A stretch of 64,000 nucleotides of DNA from Alphaproteobacteria bacterium (GTDB taxonomy: Bacteria; Pseudomonadota; Alphaproteobacteria; WRAU01; Hepatincolaceae). The notes beneath the pieces are model-generated. The model ran no database searches. It had not been told where the DNA came from and saw only the letters and a list, made by a program, of their open reading frames with translations. Numbering within the stretch: the stretch's first letter is position 1; the number at the start of each line of letters is the position of its first letter. The stretch is taken from assembly GCA_031274895.1 (NCBI GenBank), contig JAISPM010000021.1, positions 141 to 64,140 on the forward strand, in the 5' to 3' direction. The position numbers were made by a program, and so were the translations under genes. This document shows, in pieces, positions 53,362-64,000 of this stretch.

Positions 53362-54726
53362 ATGGAAGTAGGTAATACTTCACCCATCCAAGAAGAAGGC
53401 TTTTATAAAAGATTCTTCGTAATAGTTATTCCATTAATACTACAGCAGTTTGTCTCCATATCTTTAAATTTTATAGATACGATTATGGTTGGTAAATTAG
53501 GCGAAACCAGCATTGCCGCTGTAGGAGTTGCCAATAAACTATATTTTATTTATGCTTTAATGCTTTTTGGGGCATTAGGCGGAGCCAGTATATTTTTAGC
53601 ACAATATTATGGCAAAAAAGATTATCGGAATTTCCGTAGAGTGTTTTTTATCAGCATAATTGTGGCAATTGCTTTTGGAGCGATTTTTACACCCTTTGCC
53701 ATAATTTTTGCCGAACCGTTTATGGAATTATTTTCCAACGACCTTGAGGTAATTTTTATCGGCACCGGATTTCTACAACTTGTTGCCGTATCTTTTCCTT
53801 TTAATGCCATATCTATTGCCATCGCTTTTGCTTTGCGGTCTATGGGAAAAACCAAGCAAGCCCTTTATATAGTTCTTGTGGCAACTATCATTAATACCGT
53901 TTTAAACTATGGCTTAATTTATGGGAATTGGGGATTGCCGCGCATGGAAGCGCGCGGAGCCGCCCTCGCCACGCTAATTGCTAGGCTTGTGGAATTTAGC
54001 ATATGCTTGTATTTCTTTTTTAATGCGAAATATCAAATGCGTGCCACCAACTGGAAAAAATACTTAGGATTTCCTAAAGATAAAATAGAATCCCTCGTTA
54101 AAATATCCATCCCTGTCTTTTTTACCGAAACCGTATGGGTGCTGGCGACCACGGTGCTTTATGTGGCGTATGGCTCACTCGGCACCTCCGCATTGGCGAG
54201 TGTGAATATTGCCGAACTGGTTATTAATGCCGGTTCAATTATAGTTTTTGGAGTTGCGACAGGTGCTAATATTATTATCGCGCAAACCATCGGCAGTGGC
54301 AGATTAGAACTGGCCTTTGCGATGTCTAAAAAAATTATTAAAATGGCAATCGGTATATCTTTATCCCTCAGTATTTTGGCTCTTTTATTTAGAGGACAAA
54401 TTCTTAATGAGTTTCCACTATCCCCAGAGGCAGCAGCCTTAACCGATAAAGTGCTGATAGCTTTTTCCATCGCCATGTTTTTTAAATTCATTAACTGGAT
54501 TGCCCTTGTGGGAGTATTAAGGGCAGGCGGTGACACCAAAGTTGCCTTTTTTATAGACGCACTTCCTGTGGTATTTATAGCCATTCCACTGGCATTTTAT
54601 ACCGCAATGGTTTTAGAATTAGAAATTTACTGGGTCGTGCTAATCGCCAATATTGAAGAGGTGGTAAAATGCGTTATCGCCCTATGGCGTTTTATAGGTA
54701 AAAAGTGGATGAAGAATTTAACTTAA
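53362..54726 (+). CDS. MATE-family efflux transporter
   Basis: 12-TM protein. The N-terminal PLILQQFVSISLNFIDTIMVGKLGETSIAAVGVANK is typical of MATE/NorM proteins. Confidence 0.85.
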   Translation: MEVGNTSPIQEEGFYKRFFVIVIPLILQQFVSISLNFIDTIMVGKLGETSIAAVGVANKLYFIYALMLFGALGGASIFLAQYYGKKDYRNFRRVFFISIIVAIAFGAIFTPFAIIFAEPFMELFSNDLEVIFIGTGFLQLVAVSFPFNAISIAIAFALRSMGKTKQALYIVLVATIINTVLNYGLIYGNWGLPRMEARGAALATLIARLVEFSICLYFFFNAKYQMRATNWKKYLGFPKDKIESLVKISIPVFFTETVWVLATTVLYVAYGSLGTSALASVNIAELVINAGSIIVFGVATGANIIIAQTIGSGRLELAFAMSKKIIKMAIGISLSLSILALLFRGQILNEFPLSPEAAALTDKVLIAFSIAMFFKFINWIALVGVLRAGGDTKVAFFIDALPVVFIAIPLAFYTAMVLELEIYWVVLIANIEEVVKCVIALWRFIGKKWMKNLT

Positions 54727-54769
54727 TTTATGCTATAATTTTTACAAATATGTTTAAAGGGCAAAAATT

Positions 54770-55618
54770 ATGAGTATAGAAATTTTTAAAAATAAGTTTG
54801 AAGATTTAGAAAGTGTTTGGCAGAAAGATGAAAACGGGGTGGAATTTATTTATGCAAGAGACCTGCAAAAAATTCTTGATTATACCGAATGGCGCAAGTT
54901 TGAAGAGGTTATAAAAAAGGCGATGATTTCTTGTGAATTCAACAAACACAAGGTGTCTGACCATTTTGGCGGCACCGCCAAAATGGTCGATATAGGCAGT
55001 GGAACGAAAAGAGAACTCCAAGATTATAAGCTCACCCGCTACGCTTGCTATTTAACCGCTCAAAATGGCGACCCTCGCAAAGAGGCAATCTCTTTTGCGC
55101 AAAATTACTTTGCCGTGCAAACCAGAAAGTTTGAGCTTGTAATGCAAAGGAAGGAAGATTTTGAACGAGTTTTAGAACGGTATGAACTTAAAGAAGCCGA
55201 AAAAATATTTTCAGATGAAATTTTTCAAAGAGGTGTAGACGACCAAGGTTTTGGTAGAATACGAAGTAAAGGTGATGCCACATTATTTGGTGGTAATAAC
55301 ACTAAGCAAATGAAAGAAAAACTTGGGATTCCTGAAAAATATCAAAACAGACCACTGGCAGATTTCTTAGACCCAATAGCCATAACTGCTAAAAAACTGG
55401 CAACCCAAATTTCCAATAAAAATGTTAAAGAACAGAACCTTCTTGGTGAAGAAAGTATTACAAAGCAACATGTTAGCTCTAATAATACAATTCGTGAAGC
55501 CCTAATTAAAGAAAATATTTATCCTGAAGAGTTGCCCCCTGCGGAAGACATTAAAAAAGTAGAAACCAGATTAGGCAAAGAATTAAAAAAAATTGGTAAA
55601 CCTAAAGACAAAATCTAA
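54770..55618 (+). CDS. dinD: DNA-damage-inducible protein D (DinD)-like, paralogue 1
   Basis: Alignable by eye with E. coli DinD (YARDLQKILDY..., LTRYACYLTAQNGDPRKE, QNYFAVQTRK, MPEELP-like C-terminus). Confidence 0.7.
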   Translation: MSIEIFKNKFEDLESVWQKDENGVEFIYARDLQKILDYTEWRKFEEVIKKAMISCEFNKHKVSDHFGGTAKMVDIGSGTKRELQDYKLTRYACYLTAQNGDPRKEAISFAQNYFAVQTRKFELVMQRKEDFERVLERYELKEAEKIFSDEIFQRGVDDQGFGRIRSKGDATLFGGNNTKQMKEKLGIPEKYQNRPLADFLDPIAITAKKLATQISNKNVKEQNLLGEESITKQHVSSNNTIREALIKENIYPEELPPAEDIKKVETRLGKELKKIGKPKDKI

Positions 55619-55663
55619 AAAATATGCTACAATATAATGCTAAAGAAATTAATGTGAAAGTGA

Positions 55664-58135
<2,472 letters not shown>

Positions 58136-58143
58136 TTATACTA

Positions 58144-58250
58144 CGTCATACCAGCGAAGGCTGGTATCCACTGCGTCGCAGACAAAAAAGAAAACTTTAT
58201 TATTTTTTTACCCTGCGGGGCAATGGATACCAGCCTTCGCTGGTATGACG
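58144..58250. repeat. Type-B repeat, full-length palindromic copy B3
   Basis: cgtcataccagcgaaggctggtatccactgcg, an AT-rich centre, then gcaatggataccagccttcgctggtatgacg. It lies immediately after gyrB. Confidence 0.9.
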
Positions 58251-58808
58251 AAACTTTTCATAACCTTTATTTTACTATTGTTTATTGCTTCATGCAGCAC
58301 TAAAACCATAGATAATAAAGAAAAAATCATGAAAGCCATTCCTAAAAGCAAAAAGCAGACTGACAACCAAAAGTTTGGCGCATGGATTTTTTCCAAGGAT
58401 GGCAGCCGCTGCTATATCTACTCTTTTCCTGTAAGCTCTTACGGTTATTATTTGGAGCGCAATATCCACTATATCCAAATTAACGATAAAAAAGAAATTT
58501 CTGTGCTGGGTGGTTTGCCTTATAAAAATGATTCTAAAGTAAAGATTGATGTGGTTAATATCAATATCTTTTTAGATACAATGGGCGATAAGGCGTGGGT
58601 TAATAAGGATGAAGATTTTGTGATTCACTACTTTTTAGAGCATGAAGACAGCATCTTCTTTGTTTATAACGAATTTACGCCAATCAATAATAAAGACTTG
58701 TCCGCTGTAGATAAATATACCATGCAAGGCTTTACCGAGGCATGGCAATATATGCTCGATAACTGCAAAGTTGTTCCTCTTGAAAAAATTCGTGAGAGCC
58801 AAGAGTAG
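58245..58808 (+). CDS. Hypothetical lipoprotein
   Basis: MTKLFITFILLLFIASCST has a lipobox (LFIASC). The ATG lies in the terminal stem of repeat B3. The track start at 58128 reads through the repeat and overlaps gyrB. Confidence 0.55.
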   Translation: MTKLFITFILLLFIASCSTKTIDNKEKIMKAIPKSKKQTDNQKFGAWIFSKDGSRCYIYSFPVSSYGYYLERNIHYIQINDKKEISVLGGLPYKNDSKVKIDVVNINIFLDTMGDKAWVNKDEDFVIHYFLEHEDSIFFVYNEFTPINNKDLSAVDKYTMQGFTEAWQYMLDNCKVVPLEKIRESQE

Positions 58809-58896
58809 ATTTTTATCATTTCACACCTGATTAAATTGTTTAATTATACAAATAAGGTTGTATAATGAATTAAGTAAATAATTTTGTGAGGAATCC

Positions 58897-59748
58897 ATGA
58901 GTGTAGAAATTTTTAAGGATAAATTTGAAGATTTAGAAAGTATTTGGCAGTTAGACGAAAATGGCGTTGAATTCATTTATGCCAGAGATTTACAAAAGAT
59001 TCTTGGCTATGAAAAATGGCAAAAGTTTGAAGAGGTTATAAAAAAAGCTATAATTTCTTGCGAATCCAATAAACACAAGGCAGAGGATCATTTTACCCAC
59101 GCCGGTAAATTGATAGAAGCAGGTAAAGGAGCCAAAAGAGAAGTTCAAGATTACAAACTCACCCGTTATGCCTGTTATTTAACCGCTCAAAACGGCGACC
59201 CTCGCAAAGAAGAAATTGCCTTTGCACAAAATTACTTTGCGGTGCAAACAAGAAATTTTGAACTTGTAATGCAAAGGAAGGAAGATTTTGAAAGAGTTTT
59301 AGAAAGATACGAATTAAAAGAAGCGGAAAAAATATTTTCAGAAGAACTTTATCAAAGAGGAATAGACGCAGAGGGTTTTGCCAGAGTAAGAAGCAAAGGT
59401 GATGCTGCACTATTCGGCGGTAATAATACTCAGCAAATGAAAGAAAAGTTGGGAGTTCCTGAAAAATACAATAACAGACCATTGGCAGATTTTTTAAATC
59501 CTGCGCTTATCACTGCTAAAAAACTGGCAATCCAAATTTCCAATATCGCTATTAAAGAAAAAAATTTACTTGGTGAAGAGCCTATAACCACTCAGCACAA
59601 TAGCAGCAATCAAGCTATTAGAGATGTTTTTGTTAAAGAAACCGGACTTAAGCCTGAAGAGCTTCCGATGGTTGAAGATATTAAAAAAGTAGAAAGCAGG
59701 TTAAAGGGTGATTTAAAATCTATTACAAAATCCGTTAATAATCAGTAG
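58897..59748 (+). CDS. dinD: DNA-damage-inducible protein D (DinD)-like, paralogue 2
   Basis: Colinear with paralogue 1 over the full length, with most residues identical by eye. Confidence 0.7.
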   Translation: MSVEIFKDKFEDLESIWQLDENGVEFIYARDLQKILGYEKWQKFEEVIKKAIISCESNKHKAEDHFTHAGKLIEAGKGAKREVQDYKLTRYACYLTAQNGDPRKEEIAFAQNYFAVQTRNFELVMQRKEDFERVLERYELKEAEKIFSEELYQRGIDAEGFARVRSKGDAALFGGNNTQQMKEKLGVPEKYNNRPLADFLNPALITAKKLAIQISNIAIKEKNLLGEEPITTQHNSSNQAIRDVFVKETGLKPEELPMVEDIKKVESRLKGDLKSITKSVNNQ

Positions 59749-59879
59749 TAGCTATCAAAGACAACACTAATACTAATAAGAAGAAACACAATAACTACGA
59801 TAAATAATACAAATCTCAGCAAAAAGATACCTCTTAAACTGCCACCCGTTTATTTGACGAGTGGTAGTTTACTCACAAA

Positions 59880-60212
59880 TTAACTAGCGGTATTCATGGC
59901 TAATTTTACTTGGTCTAAGGTTATATCATAACCATTAGCGACTAACACTGCTTGAATACTTTCAGCAGAGGTATCCTTAAGGGCATATCTTCCTTTTGGT
60001 AAGAATAATGTTCCGTTGCTGTAGTCTACTGCGAAAGCGATAATTCCGGGTATTAGGAAGAAGAACAACCCGATAGCGTTTAACACAACGATGGTTGTAT
60101 CTAATCTGCCGCTATGTCCACGATTGATTTGTTGCGGTTTTAAAAGCGTGCCGCAAGCAGTTGTAAAAAATACAGCAAAAGCTGCGGCTAAAAGGGATAA
60201 TTTTTTAATCAT
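59880..60212 (-). CDS. Small lipoprotein with one additional TM segment
   Basis: MIKKLSLLAAAFAVFFTTACG lipobox. The start at M6 of the track ORF is preferred because GGAG lies 9 nt upstream. Confidence 0.5.
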   Translation of the reverse strand: MIKKLSLLAAAFAVFFTTACGTLLKPQQINRGHSGRLDTTIVVLNAIGLFFFLIPGIIAFAVDYSNGTLFLPKGRYALKDTSAESIQAVLVANGYDITLDQVKLAMNTAS

Positions 60213-60247
60213 GATATGATTCTCCATATGGTTTAAGTTAGTTATAT

Positions 60248-61753
60248 TTAGGCTTTAAAAATAGTGCCTTTGTTCATAATATCGTTAGGGTCAAAGGACT
60301 TTTTCAAGGTATCTAAAATATAGTAAGCAGAACCGTGTTCGTTTTTAATCCAGTTGCTTCTATATTTACCAATACCATGATGATGCACCATAGATCCGCC
60401 AAATTTTAAAGCCTCTTCAACAATAATGGCATTCAAAGGAATATGATATTTAATGCGTTCTTCCTCAGGTTTGCCCACCACATTGTAATTATAAACGAAA
60501 GATAAATTAGTGCCGTTTTGATAACTATGGGAAGAGTGCGCACCTAGTAAAGTTATATCTGCTGCATGAGGGAATTCGGTGCGAATTCTTTTAATTGCAC
60601 TTTCGTAAATATTAATTACGCTGCCCCAATCACAAGAAATTTCGGTGGTAAAGCCGATGTTTTTATGCTCAAGCATAAGTTTTTTTTCAGCAGCCATTTG
60701 TTCTGCATTATAATTCAGGCTACCGAACCATTTTTCAATTAATCTGGCATCAACTTCTTCAATGGTTTTGTGATTGGTAACCACATTAACGGCATCATTG
60801 TAATATTTAAATTCCACAGTAATTAATTTTGATTTATAAGTATCAACAATATTTACTATTTCATCGTAAGTAGCTTTGGCGATAGATTTCATACCTTCCG
60901 TCATGAAAACCAGCACACATTTACCTTTATAGAAATGAGGGAAATGTTGTTTGGCATCTTCAGGAGAGTAAAGTCTGGCTACGCTTGGTTTAAGACCATT
61001 AGTCATAACTTCTCTGATAATGGAAAGACCTTCGCTCATATCGTCTATTAACCAACCTAAGAACAGATTGTTTTCAGGGCGATATTTAAAGAGTTTCAAA
61101 GTGATTTGCGTAATATAAGCAATTGCTCCTTCATTCCCAATTATCACTTGGCGAATATCCGGACCGGCAGCTCTACGAGGTGAATTTTTGATTCGCACAA
61201 TTGTGCCATTCGGAAATACAGATTCAAGCCCGACTACCATATCTTCAATTCCACCATAAAGATTCGATAATGTGCCACTGCTTCTGGTAGCAACAAGACC
61301 GCCAATTTGCGCTAGTTTGTTTTGAGGCGCATGACCTGTGGTTAGACCTTGTTTTCTTAAAAGCTCTTCTAAATCTGCTAAAACCACGCCGCAACCAACG
61401 GTAACTTGCATATTTTGAGTGTCAACATTAGCGATATGATTCATTTGCGAACCATCTAATATAATAGTATTTGCGGTAATATTTTCTAATCCGCCCTCTC
61501 CTGATGTGCCACCGTTTTTGGCTATTACATTAATTCTGTTTTCGTTGGCAAATAATAGAATTTTGGATACTTCTTCGGTATTTTTAGCATAAATAACAGC
61601 AATTGGTAGGGGAAGTTCGTAGACATTGTGCAGTGTGGCATATTTTCTAAAACTGTCTACGCTGTTTTCTCTGAGAGTTTTTTCGTCTGCTATAACGCGC
61701 TCTTTACCAATTATGGTAAACAGACCTTCTAAGACTTTGTCTTTGCTTAACAT
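60248..61753 (-). CDS. FAD-linked oxidase (FAD_binding_4), alkyl-DHAP synthase/GlcD-like
   Basis: N-terminal FAD-binding PCMH-type region (AKNGGTSGEGG). The C-terminal GGSMVHHHGIGKYRSNW...DPNDIMNKG resembles AGPS-type enzymes. Confidence 0.65.
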   Translation of the reverse strand: MLSKDKVLEGLFTIIGKERVIADEKTLRENSVDSFRKYATLHNVYELPLPIAVIYAKNTEEVSKILLFANENRINVIAKNGGTSGEGGLENITANTIILDGSQMNHIANVDTQNMQVTVGCGVVLADLEELLRKQGLTTGHAPQNKLAQIGGLVATRSSGTLSNLYGGIEDMVVGLESVFPNGTIVRIKNSPRRAAGPDIRQVIIGNEGAIAYITQITLKLFKYRPENNLFLGWLIDDMSEGLSIIREVMTNGLKPSVARLYSPEDAKQHFPHFYKGKCVLVFMTEGMKSIAKATYDEIVNIVDTYKSKLITVEFKYYNDAVNVVTNHKTIEEVDARLIEKWFGSLNYNAEQMAAEKKLMLEHKNIGFTTEISCDWGSVINIYESAIKRIRTEFPHAADITLLGAHSSHSYQNGTNLSFVYNYNVVGKPEEERIKYHIPLNAIIVEEALKFGGSMVHHHGIGKYRSNWIKNEHGSAYYILDTLKKSFDPNDIMNKGTIFKA

Positions 61754-61852
61754 TAAGTTTCTCCTTGTATGTTAAAATTACAAAAGTCAACCATTTGATA
61801 ATCAAATGGTTTCTTTATATAATATTATATAAAGAAAAAACCTAGTCTTAAT

Positions 61853-64000
61853 CTAAGCATCAAACCAATTATCGGCGATGCCAAAATCTACATTTAGCTT
61901 TATACCGATGTCGCAGCAGTTTTCCATGATTTGTTGGAGGCTATTGGCGAGGCTGTCGGCAATATCTTCTGCCGCCTCAATCACCATTTCATCATGGATT
62001 TGCAGTAGGATATTAGCATCTACTTTCTCACGGACAAGAAACTTATAAACATCAATCATAGATTTCCGCATAACATCAGCCCCGGTGCCTTGAATGCGTG
62101 CATTAATGGCGGCGCGTTCGTTAAAGTTTCTGATGTTAAAATTACTGCTGTTAATGCCATCTAAAAAACATCTTCTATGGAAATAGGTTTCCACATAGCC
62201 GTATTTTTTAGCAAATGCTACTGCGGAGTCCATGTATTGCTTTATTTCAGGATATTTATGAAAATACGATTCTATATAATTCCGTGCCTGCTCATTAGAA
62301 ATCCCCAAACTTCGCGCCAAACCGTATTGGGTTTGTCCGTAAATGATACCAAAGTTGATGGCTTTCGCCTGCCGTCTGTGGTTAGCGTCCACCTCTGCAA
62401 GCGGGATGTTAAACATTTCACTGGCGGTGGTTTTGTGAATATCTTCACCACGCTCAAAGGCTGCTTTTAAGGAATTCACCCCGCCAATACTTGCCAGTAT
62501 CCGCAACTCAATTTGCGAATAATCTAAGGAGATAATTTTATATCCCGCCTTAGCCACAAAGGCCTTACGGATGTTTTTACCCGAATCACTGCGAATGGGA
62601 ATGTTCTGCAGATTTGGCTCAATGGAAGAAAGCCGTCCTGTGGATGTTGCACAGGGCAGATAGGTTGTATGAATTCTGCCTGTCTTCAACTCTATTTTTT
62701 CGGGCAATTTGTCGGTATAGGTGTTTTTGAGCTTTGCCAGCTGCCGCCACTTTAACACTAAATTCGCCACTTCCACGCCGCCTTCGGCTAAAGCCTCAAG
62801 CACATCGCTATCGGTTTTATAAGAGCCTGATTTATTCTTTTTGCCCTTCAAACCCATTTTTTCAAATAGAATCTCGCCCAGCTGTTTTGGCGAACCCACA
62901 TTGAATTCCTCTCCCACGATGGCGAAAATTTCTTTTTCAAAGGTAGAGAGAGCTGCCTCAAACTCAGCTGAAAGATTTTTTAAAATACTGCCCTCAATTT
63001 TTATGCCGAGTTTTTCCATGGCGAACAGCACAGGGAGCAGAGGTCTGTCAAACACCTCATATAAATATTTTTGCTTATTGGCAATAATTTTTTGGTAATA
63101 AATGTTGTATAAATCTAACAGCAGATTTGGCGCAATTTCAGGGTTTTCCATAAATAAATGCTTTTGCAGAATTGTCTCAAGACTATTATTAACGCCATCT
63201 ACAAGGTAAGCCATTTGTTGAATGTCTTCAACGGCATTTATGGTAATACCGTGTTTATCTGCCTTATGCAATATGGGCTTCATGTCGTAAGAAATTTTAA
63301 GAATTGCCTCATTAGTTAAAATTTCTGCCATATTTTCAAAAAATATTTTCTCAGTAATTATATGCTCATCAGCCAGCAGATTTTCTTCTGCAAAGACAAT
63401 GTTATAGTTAGTATCTTGGGCATAAATACTTGCCTGAGCAGCAGATATAAGCAAAGGAATCTGCCGTGTATTCCCTAGTTTTGCCACTAATTCTTTAAGC
63501 TCAACAGTGGAGCTAATATTTTTATTGACTGTAGCCAAAGCGACAGGAGCCACCGCTTCCTCCGCCGACCCAATAAATAAATCACCACTACTCCCTTTCA
63601 GCGACAGCTTATGCTTAGCGGCAATTTTCGTGGCTAGGGAGTCAAAGGATAACTTCTGCAGAAAATCGCATAGTTTTTGCGGATTGGTTTCGCGGGTTTT
63701 TAAAGCCTCTAAGTCCACCTCCACATTAATATCGTCTTTTAAATGCACGAGTTGCCGCGACATAAAAGCCATATCTTTATCACGCAACAGATTTTCTTTT
63801 AAAACCTTTTTGGTAATAAGCTCAATGTTTTCATAGATTCCCTCTAAGCTGTCGTAAGCATTTATAAGCTCCGCCGCACCCTTAGGTCCAACACCCTTAA
63901 CGCCGGGAACATTATCTGCCGTATCGCCCATTAAAGCCTGCACTTCCACCACTCTATTGGGAGCTACGGCAAATTTTTCACGCACTTCCGTCTCGCGGAT
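61853..64000 (-). CDS. polA: DNA polymerase I, N-terminus truncated by the window edge
   Basis: 5'-nuclease end (GDTADNVPGVKGVGPKGAAEL). Polymerase motifs DYSQIELRILA, RRQAKAINFGIIYG and QIHDEMV. The frame stays open to position 64000. Confidence 0.93.
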   Translation of the reverse strand: MRETEVREKFAVAPNRVVEVQALMGDTADNVPGVKGVGPKGAAELINAYDSLEGIYENIELITKKVLKENLLRDKDMAFMSRQLVHLKDDINVEVDLEALKTRETNPQKLCDFLQKLSFDSLATKIAAKHKLSLKGSSGDLFIGSAEEAVAPVALATVNKNISSTVELKELVAKLGNTRQIPLLISAAQASIYAQDTNYNIVFAEENLLADEHIITEKIFFENMAEILTNEAILKISYDMKPILHKADKHGITINAVEDIQQMAYLVDGVNNSLETILQKHLFMENPEIAPNLLLDLYNIYYQKIIANKQKYLYEVFDRPLLPVLFAMEKLGIKIEGSILKNLSAEFEAALSTFEKEIFAIVGEEFNVGSPKQLGEILFEKMGLKGKKNKSGSYKTDSDVLEALAEGGVEVANLVLKWRQLAKLKNTYTDKLPEKIELKTGRIHTTYLPCATSTGRLSSIEPNLQNIPIRSDSGKNIRKAFVAKAGYKIISLDYSQIELRILASIGGVNSLKAAFERGEDIHKTTASEMFNIPLAEVDANHRRQAKAINFGIIYGQTQYGLARSLGISNEQARNYIESYFHKYPEIKQYMDSAVAFAKKYGYVETYFHRRCFLDGINSSNFNIRNFNERAAINARIQGTGADVMRKSMIDVYKFLVREKVDANILLQIHDEMVIEAAEDIADSLANSLQQIMENCCDIGIKLNVDFGIADNWFDA

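Noticed and set aside
59811-59875. The sequence cagcaaaaagatacctcttaaactg resembles the C1 arm/core junction (cagcagaatacctctcttaaactg). It is followed by an 11-bp hairpin, taaactgccac/gtggtagttta.
   Set aside because: The similarity needs two indels, no 51-nt core is present, and the hairpin has a mismatch. It could be a decayed type-C relic or chance in AT-rich DNA. This is not supportable without a genome-wide model.
61853-64000. polA as a 5'-truncated pseudogene.
   Set aside because: The reading frame stays open to the last base of the window, and the visible N-terminal residues belong to the 5'-nuclease domain. The truncation is a window artefact.

Overview
This is an AT-rich, gene-dense bacterial chromosome segment with about 60 credible CDS, one tRNA and one riboswitch. 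The gene content looks alphaproteobacterial, probably a host-associated or reduced lineage. The supporting genes are a Mic60-like/HemY-like pair, a COG3807-type SH3 protein, ubiE-ubiB, a class II DAHP synthase, a heparinase II/III-like protein and rpsT-dnaA. The organism cannot be named from the sequence alone.

Core content:
- pstSCAB-phoU, tsaD, htpX, galE, pta-ackA, cysS and gltX.
- An NAD salvage set: NAPRT-nadE, plus a PncA domain fused to the heparinase-like protein.
- kdsD, an LptC/LptA-like gene and lptB; fruK-fruA; ubiE-ubiB; dut; mutM.
- A TPP riboswitch followed by thiE-thiM-thiD.
- The replication cluster rpsT-dnaA-[Abi]-dnaN-recF-MATE-dinD-gyrB-lipoprotein-dinD.
- An AGPS-like FAD oxidase and a polA gene truncated by the window edge.

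Accessory content sits in small, visibly AT-richer islets:
- (i) A stand-alone SIR2-TPR protein next to trm112/tRNA-Gly. This is my best candidate for an undescribed single-gene NADase defence sensor.
- (ii) A 2-TM coiled-coil protein translationally coupled to an ImmA/IrrE metallopeptidase.
- (iii) An AbiD/F-like gene with a Cys-cluster insert, wedged between dnaA and dnaN.
- (iv) A ParD-like/ParE TA module fused onto the front of fruK-fruA.
- (v) Two DinD paralogues bracketing gyrB.

The window also carries three families of structured palindromic repeats:
- Type A is ccccttcgctggcgaagggg...ggggtagtgg, found as half copies and as ~190-bp composite copies.
- Type B is cgtcataccagcgaaggctggtatccactg, which folds as a cloverleaf.
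- Type C is an unusual nested palindrome with a conserved 51-nt core and unrelated, perfectly complementary 29-34-bp outer arms. Pairs of type C bracket a G+C-richer membrane-protein gene.

Some repeats contribute coding sequence: a C-terminal tail, stop codons and a start codon. All functional calls are made by eye from motifs, and no database search was possible.
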